Positions 36,201 through 48,900 of a DNA stretch of 64,000 nucleotides are shown here, in pieces (within the stretch, counting starts at the first letter, position 1; the number at the start of each line of letters is the position of its first letter). The DNA comes from Orbicella franksi (taxonomy: Eukaryota), in contig OZ116709.1 of the NCBI GenBank assembly GCA_964199315.1, forward strand, positions 5,518,001 to 5,582,000. Direction: 5' to 3'. Under the pieces are notes generated by a model. That model made no database searches. It was not told where the DNA came from and saw only the letters and a program-made list of their open reading frames with translations. The position numbers and the translations under genes were made by a program.

Positions 36201-39200
36201 CTTTCCAAAAGGTCTAGATAGCAACAGACATGTAAAGATTTTAAGGAAAACGACCAATTTTTTAAGTTTAAAAGACATGTTTCGCAAGAACTTCTGTCAT
36301 CTTCAGTTGAATGAATGATTACAAAGCAAGTTGAATAATAAGTAGGCAAAAATGCTAATTAAGACAAATAGTAACAACAGAACGTGAAAAGGTGTAAATT
36401 AAAAGGATAATTTTAGATTTACATGGTGTAATTGCTGATTGAGGCAAGGTAGTTCTTTTTGAATATGGATAGCCTCCTTTATCTTGAGTTGAAAGCTGGT
36501 AGTGGCGTGATCTAAAATATGAAAGCAGTCTATTGAACACAATGAGCGACAACGTTCAGAATTGTGAAGATGTTTGAAGATGTGAGAGGCCCTATCAACG
36601 GCTAAGTGCTCACGTACGCGTGTGGAAAAATGTCGGCAGGTTTCGCCGACATAACAGGCATTACAGCCCGCACATGTAAACTTATAAACCACACGTGAAC
36701 GAAGCCCGCCGGGGATAGGGTCTTTCACACCGAAAAGGTTACCTATCTTAAAGGAAGAAAAAACTAATTTGATATCTAAATCATTACAATAGCGCTTGAT
36801 TAATTGTCGAATCTTCTTCTGAGTGATGACAGAAAAATGACCTATGTACGGCAGCTTAAAGTAAAACGTGGGCGAGGTGATAAGGGGGTAGCCCCGGGGA
36901 CAATGATTACTATGGGTCCCAGTGATGTAACGGTTAACCACTTTTTCAATTAAATGGGCAGGGAAAAGGTTCTTTTTGAGAATTTCAGTAAGCTTGGTTA
37001 TATCCTCGTGTAACCCCAACCAAGTGTTGTTGATCTTGTAGGCCCTGTCAACAAGAGTCCTAATGAGACCTACTTTGTATGAGTACGAGGTGAAGCTAAA
37101 ATAATTAGTTAATAACCCAGTAAAGGTTTTCTAACGGTAAACCCTAGTTAGGAAGGAATTAGTGTCACTATTATCAATAAGAACATCTAGAAAGGGTAAT
37201 TTGCGATTAAGTTCTTTTTCCATAGTAAACCTTATGTTGGGGTGCCTAGAGTTAATGTGGTCAAAAAATATAACAGCATCGTGCTCCGAGTGAAATAAAC
37301 AAAAAGTGTCGTCAATATACCTACGATAAAATAAAATTTTAGAGCATTGAAAATTTTCCAACCATAGTTTTTCATGATGCCCCATAAAAAGATTGGCTAA
37401 TACGGGAGCAAGGGGAGACCCCATGGCCACACCGTCAATTTGGTCATAGAAAGAACCGTTAAATAAGAAATGGGTCTGGGCGGTGGCTACAGTGAAAAGG
37501 CTTCTAAGTTCAGGTTTACTTAACTTAAGGTCAGGATTGCCCTCGGAAATGTAATTGACCGCCAGGTCAATACATTCCTCAAGGGGTATGTTAGTAAAGA
37601 GACTTTCCACATTGAAGGAAACCATAAATTTACCAAACATAGATAAAGATTGAATGTCCTGTACAAAAGTAAAAGTGTCTGTAGCACAGTGTTCAGTTGG
37701 CATGTGCGGCGCCAAAAGATGGCATAGATATTTGGCCAGGTTATAATTGTAGGTTCCAATAGAAGACACGATGGGGCGAAATGGCGGAGTTGAGTTAGGT
37801 CCAAAATCCTTGTGCATTGTGCGTTGATAGGGCCTCTCACATCTTCAAACATCTTCACAATTCTGAACGTTGTCGCTCATTGTGTTCAATAGACTGCTTT
37901 CATATTTTAGATCACGCCACTACCAGCTTTCAACTCAAGATAAAGGAGGCTATCCATATTCAAAAAGAACTACCTTGCCTCAATCAGCAGTTACACCATG
38001 TAAATCTAAAATTATCCTTTTAATTTACACCTTTTCACGTTCTGTTGTTACAATTTGTCTTAATTAGCATTTTTGCCTACTTATTATTCAACTTGCTTTG
38101 TAATCATTCATTCAACTGAAGATGACAGAAGTTCTTGCGAAACATGTCTTTTAAACTTAAAAAATTGGTCGTTTTCCTTAAAATCTTTACAAGTCAGAGC
38201 TTTATATTAGCAAGGAATTCATCTATGGATATTAGCGTCATCATCATCAGTTCCGCTTCTCCGTATGGAGAGTGGGGCAATAAATTTTACTTCTCCAAGA
38301 CACTCTGTCAGCCGCCGCCAGCCCTGCCTCTACCCAAGAACAGTAACCCATCGCCATTCGCTTTTTCTCCACTGTCCTACGCTATGTTTCCCTAGCTCTT
38401 CCTCTCTTGCGTTTTCCTTCCGGTGCCCACGTCAGTGCAGCTCATAGGATGGCACTGTTATCCATTCGTAGCATGTGTCCAGTCCATGTCCAGCCCCTTT
38501 TCCTTACTTGTTCGCTGATATATTCTATGTTAGCTCTCTTGCATGAGCACCTCTTCATTTCACACTCGCATAGGCCAATAGATTTTTAAAAGCCTACGCA
38601 GGCATTTCCAATGCAAAGTATCTAGTTTGACCTCATCCCCCTTTGTCATCCTCAACCGATTCACAACCGTACAGCAACACAGCTATTACATTAGACTTGA
38701 ACATCCCTATCTTAGAACAGATACTCAGTTGGCTGCTTTTCCAGATATTCATCAGTTTACCAAATGCTGCCTTTGCTTTACCCAGTCTGCATATGATTTC
38801 ATCATCTGCTTCACCAGGTAGTAACTTTGGCTCCCCAAAAAAGACAAAACTGTCTACGTCTTCAAGTTCTTCTCCATTTTCCATAACGTTCTCGTCATTT
38901 GCAGCGTTGAACCTCATTACTTTCGTTTTGGTAATGTTAATCTTTAGACCCGTTCCTTGGCTGGCACTAAATAATCGATCGTTCTTCAAATGGAGCTGCC
39001 TTCTTTTACTTGATAAGAATGCAAGGTCATCAGCGAAATTGAGATCTTCTAACTTGTCAGTAAACCTCCACCTAATCTCAGTATTTCCTTCCTCAAGCGC
39101 CTTCCTCATCACCCAATCAATGACAAGCAAAAAAATACCCTGACATCACGCACCCTTGCCGGACACCTGACTTAATGTCGAACCAGTCCGCCTTTCCTCC

Positions 39201-39791
39201 CCCATCGACTACTGCACACTTACTTCCTCTGCACATTGCCTGTACCATCCCAATAATTTTAAGGAGTAGCACAAAACCTCCTGATTCTCCAAAGGGTCTC
39301 TCTCCTGGACACTGTCGAAAGCTTTTTCATGGTCAATGAAGCAAATGATTATACATGCTTGCATTCTATTCAAATGACTGCTCAATAATGTTTCTTAAAA
39401 CAAATATCTGCTCCATTGTTCTTTTACCACTTCTGAAACCTGCTTGGTCTTTCCCTAGTTTTTTTTTATCAACTCCTTTGGATATTCTCTTGATAATTAC
39501 TTTTCCTATCACCTTAGCAGCAGCAGGCATCAACGTAATTCCTCTCTAGTTGCCACAGTTGGTCAGATCTCTCTTTTTGGGCAGTTTAACAATAAGACCT
39601 TTACTCTAAACTTCTGGTATTCTCTCTTCTTCCCATCATGCAAGGCATCAACTGTCGTCTCAATATCAGCTTTCATCCTGTCTACTGGCTTCTACTGTAA
39701 TAATGTCGATACCAGCTGCTTGATAATTCATGTCCTTGATCGCGTTCTTGATTTCTAGCTTCGTGACTGGTCCTTCTTCAATCTCTTCGTT

Positions 39792-39823
<32 letters not shown>

Positions 39824-42346
39824 TGATCTCGACTGTCATTACAGGGTCAAGCCTATTTAACACCTCCGTGAAGTTTTCTTGCCATCTTTAGCGTACTTCA
39901 TCTTCTTTGGGTAGTAATCTACCTCCCTTACTCTTTACCATGTCAATTCGTTTCGGCCTGACATTGCACAATATCTTTGTAGCCTTGTAGACGCCCCTCA
40001 TTTGTCCATGCCTTACTGCATCTTTTGCTTTTTGAACAATATTATTTGCCCATTCTCACTTATCATTCCTCAAACTGGATTTTACTTCTTGACTAACCTT
40101 TGGTACTCCGCTTTCTGCTATGCCTTTTGCCTGCTCGATTTTGCATCATTGACCTTTCTCTTCATTGCTCTTCTTTTCTCAACTTTCTTTCAGCTGTCCA
40201 CACTAATTCAGCTCTTTCCTTTCTTTGTGACCTAAGGCTGTCTTCGCCGTCTCGTTTAAAACCGTTTTAAAACCCTCCCATTTTTGCTCTTTGTTCGACT
40301 GCGTGTTTTCGTCGTCTTCATTTCAGTCAACTATAGCTTGCTCATCGCTATCATCCATCAGGCAACTGAACCTATTTCTCAGTTCAAGTTCGAATTTTTG
40401 TCAAACGGCAGGTATTGTTAACTTGCTACATTCATACCTACTGGTAGTCCTAGAGACTTTACAAAGCTTAAGTTACACAACACAGACCACTAAATTGTAG
40501 TCACTGGAGATGTCAGCTTCTCTGTACGACCTGGCATGGTGTCAGAGACTGATGGTTTGAACCTTGAATTCACTGCTACATGATTAATCTGATTACGGGT
40601 ATGATCATCAGGTGATGTCCAAGTGTACTTATTGATATCCTTGTTGAAGAGAATGTAGTTGATGTGATAGCAAAGTTATATGTTGGACAGAATGCAACAA
40701 ATCTTTCTTCATTGTCATTCCTGACACATTTCAGGCCTTCTTTTCCCATTACTCTCTCCTCACCCTCTCGCCTCTCTCCTACTTTAGCATTCCAGTCACC
40801 CATTATTATCAAGATGTCATGCTTTGGTACACTGTCTGTGACTTTCTGTAGTTGGTCGTAGAAATCGTCTTTGGCTTCCTCCTGTGCGTCTTTGGTTGGA
40901 GCATACTGATACCTGTACTGGATTGTTGTCTTGATATATCGAGAGTAAAAACAAGCTTTGATGATGCGGTCACTAATTGGTGCCCAGCTCTCCAGAGACA
41001 CAGCTGACCGCCTTATCAAGAGCAATAGCTACTCCATTTTGATGTAGTTTGTCGTCGCGTCCAGACTATAGGATTGTTTCCCCTGTCTGGGGCTTTACTC
41101 TTCCAAATCCTGACCAACGGCACTCACTAATACCAAGCATCCCAGTTTTTGTATCTTGTCATTTCTCTAACAACTTGCGCCGTCTTTCCAATGTTATATA
41201 GCGTCCTGATGTTTTTCCAGCGTCATATCTTTACCTTCGATCTTCTTTGGGTTAGCCAACAATCCACTGGTTATTACATTAGTCTGTCTTATTTATAATT
41301 AATTACGACTCTATTCATACTTAGACCCAAGAGAAAAACCTCAACCAGGAACCCGAAAATTAATAATAGATTATCTTAGTTAATGGGCGTATATTACCTA
41401 TTTCGTCCTCTTCCAGTGCAGGATACACTCCAATTCTCTTTTCTTTTGATTCTTGTGGCTGACGACGATGAGCTGTCAAATGAATCGTGACGTCGATATC
41501 CCGAATCGTTTTTCCTTCCGTGTTCACTTCCCAGCATTTCAACGTGGGTGTCGTAACGCACTGGATTTCTTTGAAGCTTCCGTCTGGTTTGCAGACTGGC
41601 GTAAATGAGCTTCTCTTTAGGGCTGCCTCGATTTGCTGTAGCTGACACGTCGTGTAATTCACTATAGAAAGAGGGAGAAACATCAGTATTATTTGACAAT
41701 ATGTGGGTATTCTTCTCTGCTGTGGAAGCTTTAAGCAATTCAAATGGTTACATGTTGAGAAAGATAAGTCAAGATAAAGGGTGAAGGAGTTAATTTCCAT
41801 ATAGCCCTTAATATTACGGTATTCCCTCTAAAGTAAGAGACTATGGCCATAGTCTCTTGCTCTCAAGGTACGTATTATTAGACATGGTACCCAGTTCTTC
41901 CGTGGATGATTTTACCACGCGTGTTGAGTGGATTTTTTCGCGGAGGTTGAAAAAGCGTGTAGGGCCTCTTGGGCCGTTCACGTTAGCAAATCTACGTCAC
42001 AAGATTGACTACTTCTAGACTCTCTGGGATATTCAAAACACGGGATGATCTAAAAATACATTGAGGGGAATTACCTTGGGGATTATCTATCTTACCATTC
42101 ATCCACTCTTGGTTCTAGCTGACGTTGTGAGCGTTCGCGACGTCGTCAATGTAGATATCGACGTGGTCGTCCTACAAAATCATGATCGGTGCTATACAAA
42201 TCTACATTCGTAAAATAACTAGCTCTTACCGCATGTTTGCCAGCACCCTGCTTTGCAGCAATATTGCCATTTTTGGCAATGTGAATTTATCAAACAGTCG
42301 ATTTTACATCTTCCTTCCACTGTATGAACTGAGCTCGGACATTGGT
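33231..42346 (-). CDS. Trypsin-family (S1A) serine protease with N-terminal WAP and two thyroglobulin type-1 domains; first exon(s) not located
   Basis: Exons in transcript order: 42346-42230 (WAP, 8 Cys), 41661-41398 (TY1), 35908-35666 (TY2, CWCV), 35256-35077 (RSRR|IVGG ... TTAHC), 34423-34262 (GNNDI), 33772-33571 (ICLP, TGWG), 33477-33231 (GIDACSYDSGGP, VSWGEGC, GVYTNV, TGA). Phases are compatible throughout. Confidence 0.88.
36205..38191 (-). mobile_element. 5'-truncated Penelope-like retroelement (RT + GIY-YIG) with an inverted copy of its 3' end, in a protease intron
   Basis: RT 37817-37134 (RPIVS, GVAMGSPLAPVLANLFM, RYIDD), TAG at 37131-37133, then in frame to GIY-YIG (VVYKFTCAGCNACYVGET) ending 36399. 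36231-36600 is the reverse complement of 37822-38191. Direct repeat AGTCAGAGCTTT at 36193-36204 and 38192-38203 is the probable TSD. Confidence 0.9.
38236..41275 (-). mobile_element. Decayed RTE-clade LINE (APE endonuclease + RT)
   Basis: APE pieces (MLGISECRW, YAPT, IIMGDWNAKVG) at about 41200-40600; RT pieces (IDHEKAFDSV, GVRQGC, RWRFTDKLEDLNFADDL) at about 39350-38650; C-terminal GKRKRGR..T*RRTVE; (TGA)n tail at 38238-38249. Many stops and frameshifts. Confidence 0.88.
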
Positions 42347-42589
42347 CTGGGGAAAGAAAAACGTTGTCATGGGATTCCTGAATACGCAAACTATAAACAG
42401 GTTTGGTTGGACACAGTCGTAAAACACGACACTATAGTAAAGCTGCGACAACTTTCCCCGCTTTAATGAGTTCTTTATTCTCATCCACAGTTTATTTGAT
42501 GATTTATCGAAATTATATATATAAAAAATGTTGTTATGATTACTCTTGGAGTTAAAGGTTGAAATTTTAATACGACACCCAGAGTATTG

Positions 42590-43812
42590 AAAGAAATCGA
42601 ACTACGACAGTTAAAGCACATCAGACACTTGTTAATTATAGTTTTCAAAATAACAACCTATTAACTGAAGTTAAAGTTCAAAACAACACGCAACTCTCGA
42701 GTGTAATACATACCAAACATCGCCCAAATGTTTGGTTGTTTTAAAATAGCTTCATCAAGGACTTCAATGGCGCCCATTTAGGTTCTATTGTAAAATAACT
42801 GACAGATCGCAATGATTTATTGTGGCCGACTTCCGTAAACGATGTAAACAAGCAGTGTTAGCAGTGTTACGGGTTCTAAGTGATCACGCACGATCCAGCC
42901 GACCTTATTAATGCAAGAAAAGCGGCCATTAATCAACTCCGTAATACAGTCTACAGATATTTTTATACGCTTTCGGCCCGGGGGGTCTTAACTTCACTTA
43001 ACGGCACGAAACTACAGTTAAAAGCAGGTAAATTTGAGCAATTGTCAAATAACGCAAACAGTTTTCCGTGCACTTAACGTGGTCTAATTATAAACATACG
43101 GTGCCATGCCAAAATCAAAACAAAAACAATAATTAGTGCGGTAGAGCTTTACGAGTTAAGTAGACCACAAGTTTATGATACTGTAATTTCACAACTGCGA
43201 TATTGAGATGGCTGGGCTTGGCAAACTTTCAACCCAGTCTTAGGGGGTTAAAGACGTTCCCGCTTTGGTAAATGTTCGACCCGTTAGCTTTTAGAGCGGT
43301 GAATCGAACGTGGCAGTAAATGAACTAATTTTAATCTCCTCCCCTAATTCCTCAGGATAGATTTTTAATTGCTCGTTAATGAAAATGTCTACGATGTAAT
43401 CATTCAAGGATGAAACCCCTCTGAAAGACGAACTGGAAAACATGTTTCTAAATTTTAGACAAAGCAGTTAATTCGGGTGTCTAATTATACCAGTGGCACT
43501 CAGACTCAGGAAAATTAAAAATGAACGTTAAGAAAGCAGTGAATTTCAAGTGAACTTTTCGTCAACAAATATGCGTCGAATATGATGCAAAAAAATTTTT
43601 ACGAGGTACTTATGAGCATCGTTCACCGCCCTGGCAATATTGTCAATGTTCGGAAGATCTTTTGAGTAATATTTTGTCAATTAAAGAATCGAACTACGAC
43701 GGTTATTAAGCACATCAGACACTTGTTAATAACAGTTTTGAAAATAACAAACTATTAAGTGAAGTTAAAGTTCAAAACAACACGCAACTCTCACGTGTAA
43801 TACATACCAAAC
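42590..43812. repeat. Pair of ~130-bp direct repeats (42590-42718 and 43683-43812)
   Basis: Both read AAAGAA(A)TCGAACTACGAC..AAGCACATCAGACACTTGTTAAT..GAAGTTAAAGTTCAAAACAACACGCAACTCTC..GTGTAATACATACCAAAC with scattered mismatches. Confidence 0.85.
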
Positions 43813-43896
43813 GTTGTCATTAGTTGAGACTAGCAAGTTAGTGTATTCGAACTGATTACCGTTATGTCCGCTACTTTTTAAGGTCAGAAAATAACC

Positions 43897-43900
<4 letters not shown>

Positions 43901-43944
<44 letters not shown>
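43901..43944. repeat. (AT)22 microsatellite
   Basis: Read directly. Confidence 0.95.
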
Positions 43945-43948
<4 letters not shown>

Positions 43949-45556
43949 GCATCACCAAGGACAAGAACAGTTTATAACATTTTTTTTTAACTTCTAAGAC
44001 GTCCTTTAAGTGTTTCGTCACTGAGTTGATTGCTCGATCGAAGTACGTCAAAAAGCAAACCAACCACTTATTCACCAGGAAATAACACTATACATGACGT
44101 CTAATTGGTAGCAGTAATGACAAATTGAGACATTTTCGAACAAACCTACAGAAGTCAATAAAGAGGGTTATTTATCGGCACGTTATGTAATACCCTTGGT
44201 TATTTTTTACGAGTCAGATGTTATTTTTGTAGGCTGTGCTTCCACAAATTTAAGTGTTTGAGTGGTGAAAGATCTGTTGGCGAAACGGCTCTGTAAAGGG
44301 CGTAATTTGGCCCTAGTTCGCGCTGTAAATTGCCATGTCCCAGAAATTATAACGGTTGGTTTTCTGCTGAAGTTTCTTACACAACTATGTGATGAATTTG
44401 CCTCAAAACAATTTCACATATGCTTGGAATTTCGGCTTCAAGAGAATCGAATCCGACTCAATGTCATGTCTCCCTGCGATGTTCTTGAAATGAATTGAAC
44501 ACTCGCAAATGTGACATTTAGAAACCAGACACTTGATTCGCAATTGAAAAACTGCAATTAACTATACTGGCGCAATCGTCATTAGTCCGTTCCGCCCGCT
44601 GATGGATATCGTAACAATCTATAAATATATAATTAACTGAAAGCTAATATGCTGAGAGATCGAATCCGTGGGTGGTAATATGGCCTGATGGAACACCCGT
44701 CAGAAGCGTTACAGAAGAATGAAAGATTGGGCATTGGGTTGAAACAAGATAATATGATCTTGGTTGAAACTGGAATGTGTAAGAAACTGCAAGGGAGTAC
44801 TTTCTAAATCGATTAATTTTGACACTACTTCTTTTTTGACAACATTTTCAGAGAGGTGAGAAGCCAACTGCGAAAACTAGCATGAAAACGTGTTTCAATA
44901 CCTGCCTTCAACGTTTCCGATGTAAAATCAAAATGACCAATCGAAAGTGCAAATCAAAGGCCCATACCACTTTTGTTCTAATAAGAACTTTTCCAACTTC
45001 AGATTTGATCAATAGATAAGAACACGTTTCTACAAAAGAATGCGACAAACTGAGAAGAAGCAATATTCAGCTCTTGCCGAGGTTTGTCTTTTGCTCATTT
45101 ATGGACACAAAACTAATTGACTTCTTTAAATACTCTTCATTAAAATACGACCGAATTAACCGTGATCTTTCTCCAGCGCCACTTGACAATTTGCCGTTAT
45201 CTATACCGGACCATATAAGATCTCTAGCTTCACTGGCTGTAGTAATCTAACCACAGATATCAGTTCAATACTCAAACACTATACACCCGTAAACGAGCCC
45301 GTCGTTTTTGCCTGAAATAGATATATGAACATTTTAATAGCCAGATCACTGTTATTTCAAGTACGTCAAGTACAAACCCTTTCTACCTAATTTTAAAGGG
45401 CCAGACATCTTTGTCTCAAATAGACCCTGCTGAAAGTCGCCGGAAAGCTAAGCGACATAAACATATATCCAGCACAAGCCATTGCATGCAATAAATACTC
45501 AGTTAAATAATACTAATCAGAAATCCTTTTTTCCTGAGTTTATGAAAGGCTCGTAG

Positions 45557-45970
45557 GTGAAAACTCAAATGTAAGCTATTGAGCAATACTTTCATGTACG
45601 CAGTGCTGTTTATTACGCATTCCAAGGTAGTTCTTACTTTTTGGTCTTAAGATAAGACGCTGGTGGGTGACCATTCAAGTGAAAGCATTGAGCAGTGCTT
45701 TCATGTAGTACTGTTTATTATGCTGTACAAGATGAATGCAAATTTTAAGTCTGTGTATGGAACCCTAGTGGGTGACCATTCAAATGTAAGCTTATTGAAT
45801 AGGACTTTCATTTAGTACTCGATAGTACTATTTATTATGCCTTACAAGGTGGATGTAAATTTGAAGTCTATGTATGAAACTCTAGTGTGTGACCATTCAT
45901 ATGAAATTTCAGTTACTGAGCAAGTCCTTTTATGTAGTACTGTTTATTATGCTACATAAGGTGGTTCACT
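45557..45970. repeat. Degenerate ~105-117-bp tandem satellite, ~4 units
   Basis: Unit starts GTGA(CCATTCA) at 45557, 45667, 45772, 45889, each followed by ..ATTGAGCA..CTTTCATGTAGTACTGTTTATTATGCT..CAAGGTGG; resembles a widespread coral satellite. Confidence 0.8.
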
Positions 45971-48900
45971 GCATATGGAATTGATTGAACCTTCTGGGTC
46001 TCTTTTTAATAATAAAACCCTCGTGTGTTAGCGTTAAATAAATATCTGTTTTCCCAAATAGCACTTTCATGCGGCCTGCTGCTTATTTCCCCTTTTTTTA
46101 CTTAAAACAAATTACATCACTTTATTTAAGTGTCGAAATGTTTAGCACTGCTGTATTGGGTGTTCTATCCAGTTTTCTTTCAGCTTTCTCTTCGCCCCGT
46201 CCTCGACTAGAGATCCTGCTCACAGGCAACTTTAAGATTCCCTACTGCATAGATGGTCTGACTCAGCAATTATTTACCTGGTATGAACAATTGCTGAGTA
46301 ATAACCAGTTAGGACAACTTTTATAACTATATAGCTAGCTCATTTGCCCCAATGCGCTATTTTTGTTCTACGAAAGCTTGAAATAACAAAAAAATAAATT
46401 TGGTCTTAATCGCTATATACGTGAATATAAACATATATATTTCGTGACGATACGCAATTATTATATTCAATATTTACACTTGTCGACGCTATTGTGGTAG
46501 CAAAAATGATTTATTGTGTCTGCATTTTTCTCGTTGCGGTTTTCCAGTGATAAAAAGAAATAGCCAAAATATTGCCTGGTGGTTTTTAGTTTTGCTTCCT
46601 TCGGAATGGTTAGACATTGTCAGGATATAAGTTCCGATAACATTTGAACTCGTTCTTATCATTATGTTAAGTTCCGGAAGACACAGGCTTGTCTCGATAT
46701 TCGGATAATCGGAACCTTTCGTCACGACTTCGGAACCACTTGTCGGAATGATGTTCGTGCAGTAGACGCTGCCATTCGAATATCAGCACGGTTCGTCCCA
46801 TTTTGGTATAATTCAGAGAATTTTTTAATCACATATAAAAAGAAAGCATATTTAGTCAACACTACAGAAGAAAAACAACCCTATACACTTTATGCAAACT
46901 AAATATGCTATTTAATGTTGTTTAGTCCTCAACTGGCACTTTTGTTTTCGCCTGCAGGCTCTTCAGCAGACATAAAATGAAACTTCTGCTCAGAATCAAT
47001 GTGTTCATAGAGTTCCAATTGTGAATGTTCCCTACCAAACACTGAATATATGCAACAATGTTATATATAATTTATGAAAAATATAAAAAATTTTGAACAA
47101 CATCGACTCAAAACGTTCCTCGAGTCGTTGTTGCCGAGTAACGGGCTTGTGCACACTTTTAGCTATCCTTTTTTCTTCTTTTCAACTTAAAGATAATAAT
47201 TTGAACACCAAAATTATGCAATAAAAAAGTATGTAGGTCACTATGCTCGTTTAAGAGAAAACATGCATTTATTTCCCTGTCGAGCTGAGCTTGAGGGAAA
47301 TCTCTTGATGTTATGCTTGTGCACATACTCGTGAGCGCACCCTAATGACGCGAAAATCATGTGTTGTAAGGATGCGAAATGGAATTCTGAGAAATTAACT
47401 AAAATACAGTTCCTCAAATTTAAATCATTATAATGGGATTGCTGCGACCTACCAGCGTTTCTTAAGCTTCTCAGTCCAAACGATCAATACTTTATACAAG
47501 CTAAAGCTGTGCTCTGTTACAAAATCGCCTTCACAAGCCTCAGCTGGTTGCCAAGAAACGTAAATACCGATCGATATTTTCAGTTAGTAAACAACATTTT
47601 TTGAAAACGACCTCTCTGACCAAGGGATTGAGACGCTGCAATGACCCATGCCAGGTGGACGTTAAGGTTTATATTAAGTGCCAGTTTCACTTCTAGCTAG
47701 TGCCATTTATGCTAGGTTTGCTGAGTATATTATATTTATACTTGTCAAAAATCCTCGAACACATATATAGCTGTGATAGTTTTTTAACCTTGGCCTTGCA
47801 TGTTCAATGGTTAAGTTTATCGCGAATATTTTTCTGGAGGGGAAGAAAAATTAAAGGCGCGGCGTTAATGACAGGTAGTAAATATATCGATTTGAAAGGT
47901 GACGCCCAATGAAAAGCTCTGGACCTGACCCCATAGCCGTTTGACTATTCAAAAATGAAAGTTATGACCTGAAAATTTTGCAATCTTTAACCACTGAAAT
48001 TTAAACTGACATCTAAAGTTTTAAGGATAAGGCATTGCCCATTTTAGAGTGGACTGCTAAAGCTTTGGCCTTTTAGCAATTGTTGCGGCGCTGCTACGAA
48101 TACTCCAAGTTCCACGCGAGAACTCCTTTTACTAACCAGTACCATCTTTTTGGATTTCGACGTTAAGCTTTCTTTAAATTACAATTGCACCAAGCTTATT
48201 GAGAGACTATTGCTTATTCCTTTTCAACTGCCCTTCATCCATAGCTTCTGCGCGTTCGACACAATTCAGATACTTGACTGACTTACTAAGCAAGGATTTA
48301 ATGGTTTTAAATTATTTAAAAGCACCACGAATCTAGTTATACTGTGGTGGGAAACAGCGAGCACGTACTAACTGTGACGAATACTGATACCGCAAACTGC
48401 GTGGCGCTATTAGACTTGGAGAACTTAAAATTGTCTATATTCCACTGGAATTTAATTCTAGCATTCTAGCACCTCAAGGTTAATACGTACTCTGCCAGAA
48501 AAAGAGCGCGTCCAAGTTAGAGATTATCAATGATTAGTAAAATTACCTAAAAATTGGATCAAACAAAAGAATCTTTCTAATTTCTTACCACTGATATGTC
48601 TTCAATGTATTGGCTACCTGCGGTTACGAACAAGAGGCCGGAAAACCCAGCACAGTTAATATTCAGGTCTGGAGCTGCGTTACTGACTGTTTTAGTTTGC
48701 CTAAATTCTACTACTCTTGATATAAGGCTCAGTTACTAATGAGAAAACGCCATTTTCCCGCGCTGAGTATCTCATGAGGCTTATAAAACTGAAACGGTTA
48801 GATAAAATGGCTTCAAAATTTCTTCCCTCGAACACAACTTTTAAGAATGTAGACTTTAAGGTGTTGGCTTTTATGTTATAATATGTATATGAGCGTTAAA

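Noticed and set aside
42094-42170. Thr-rich exon-like segment between the WAP and TY1 exons
   Set aside because: Stops in the required phase; WAP splices cleanly to TY1 without it.
45557-45970. Regularly spaced repeats as a CRISPR-like array
   Set aside because: Whole units are homologous (no unique spacers), the context is eukaryotic and no cas genes are present; it is a satellite.
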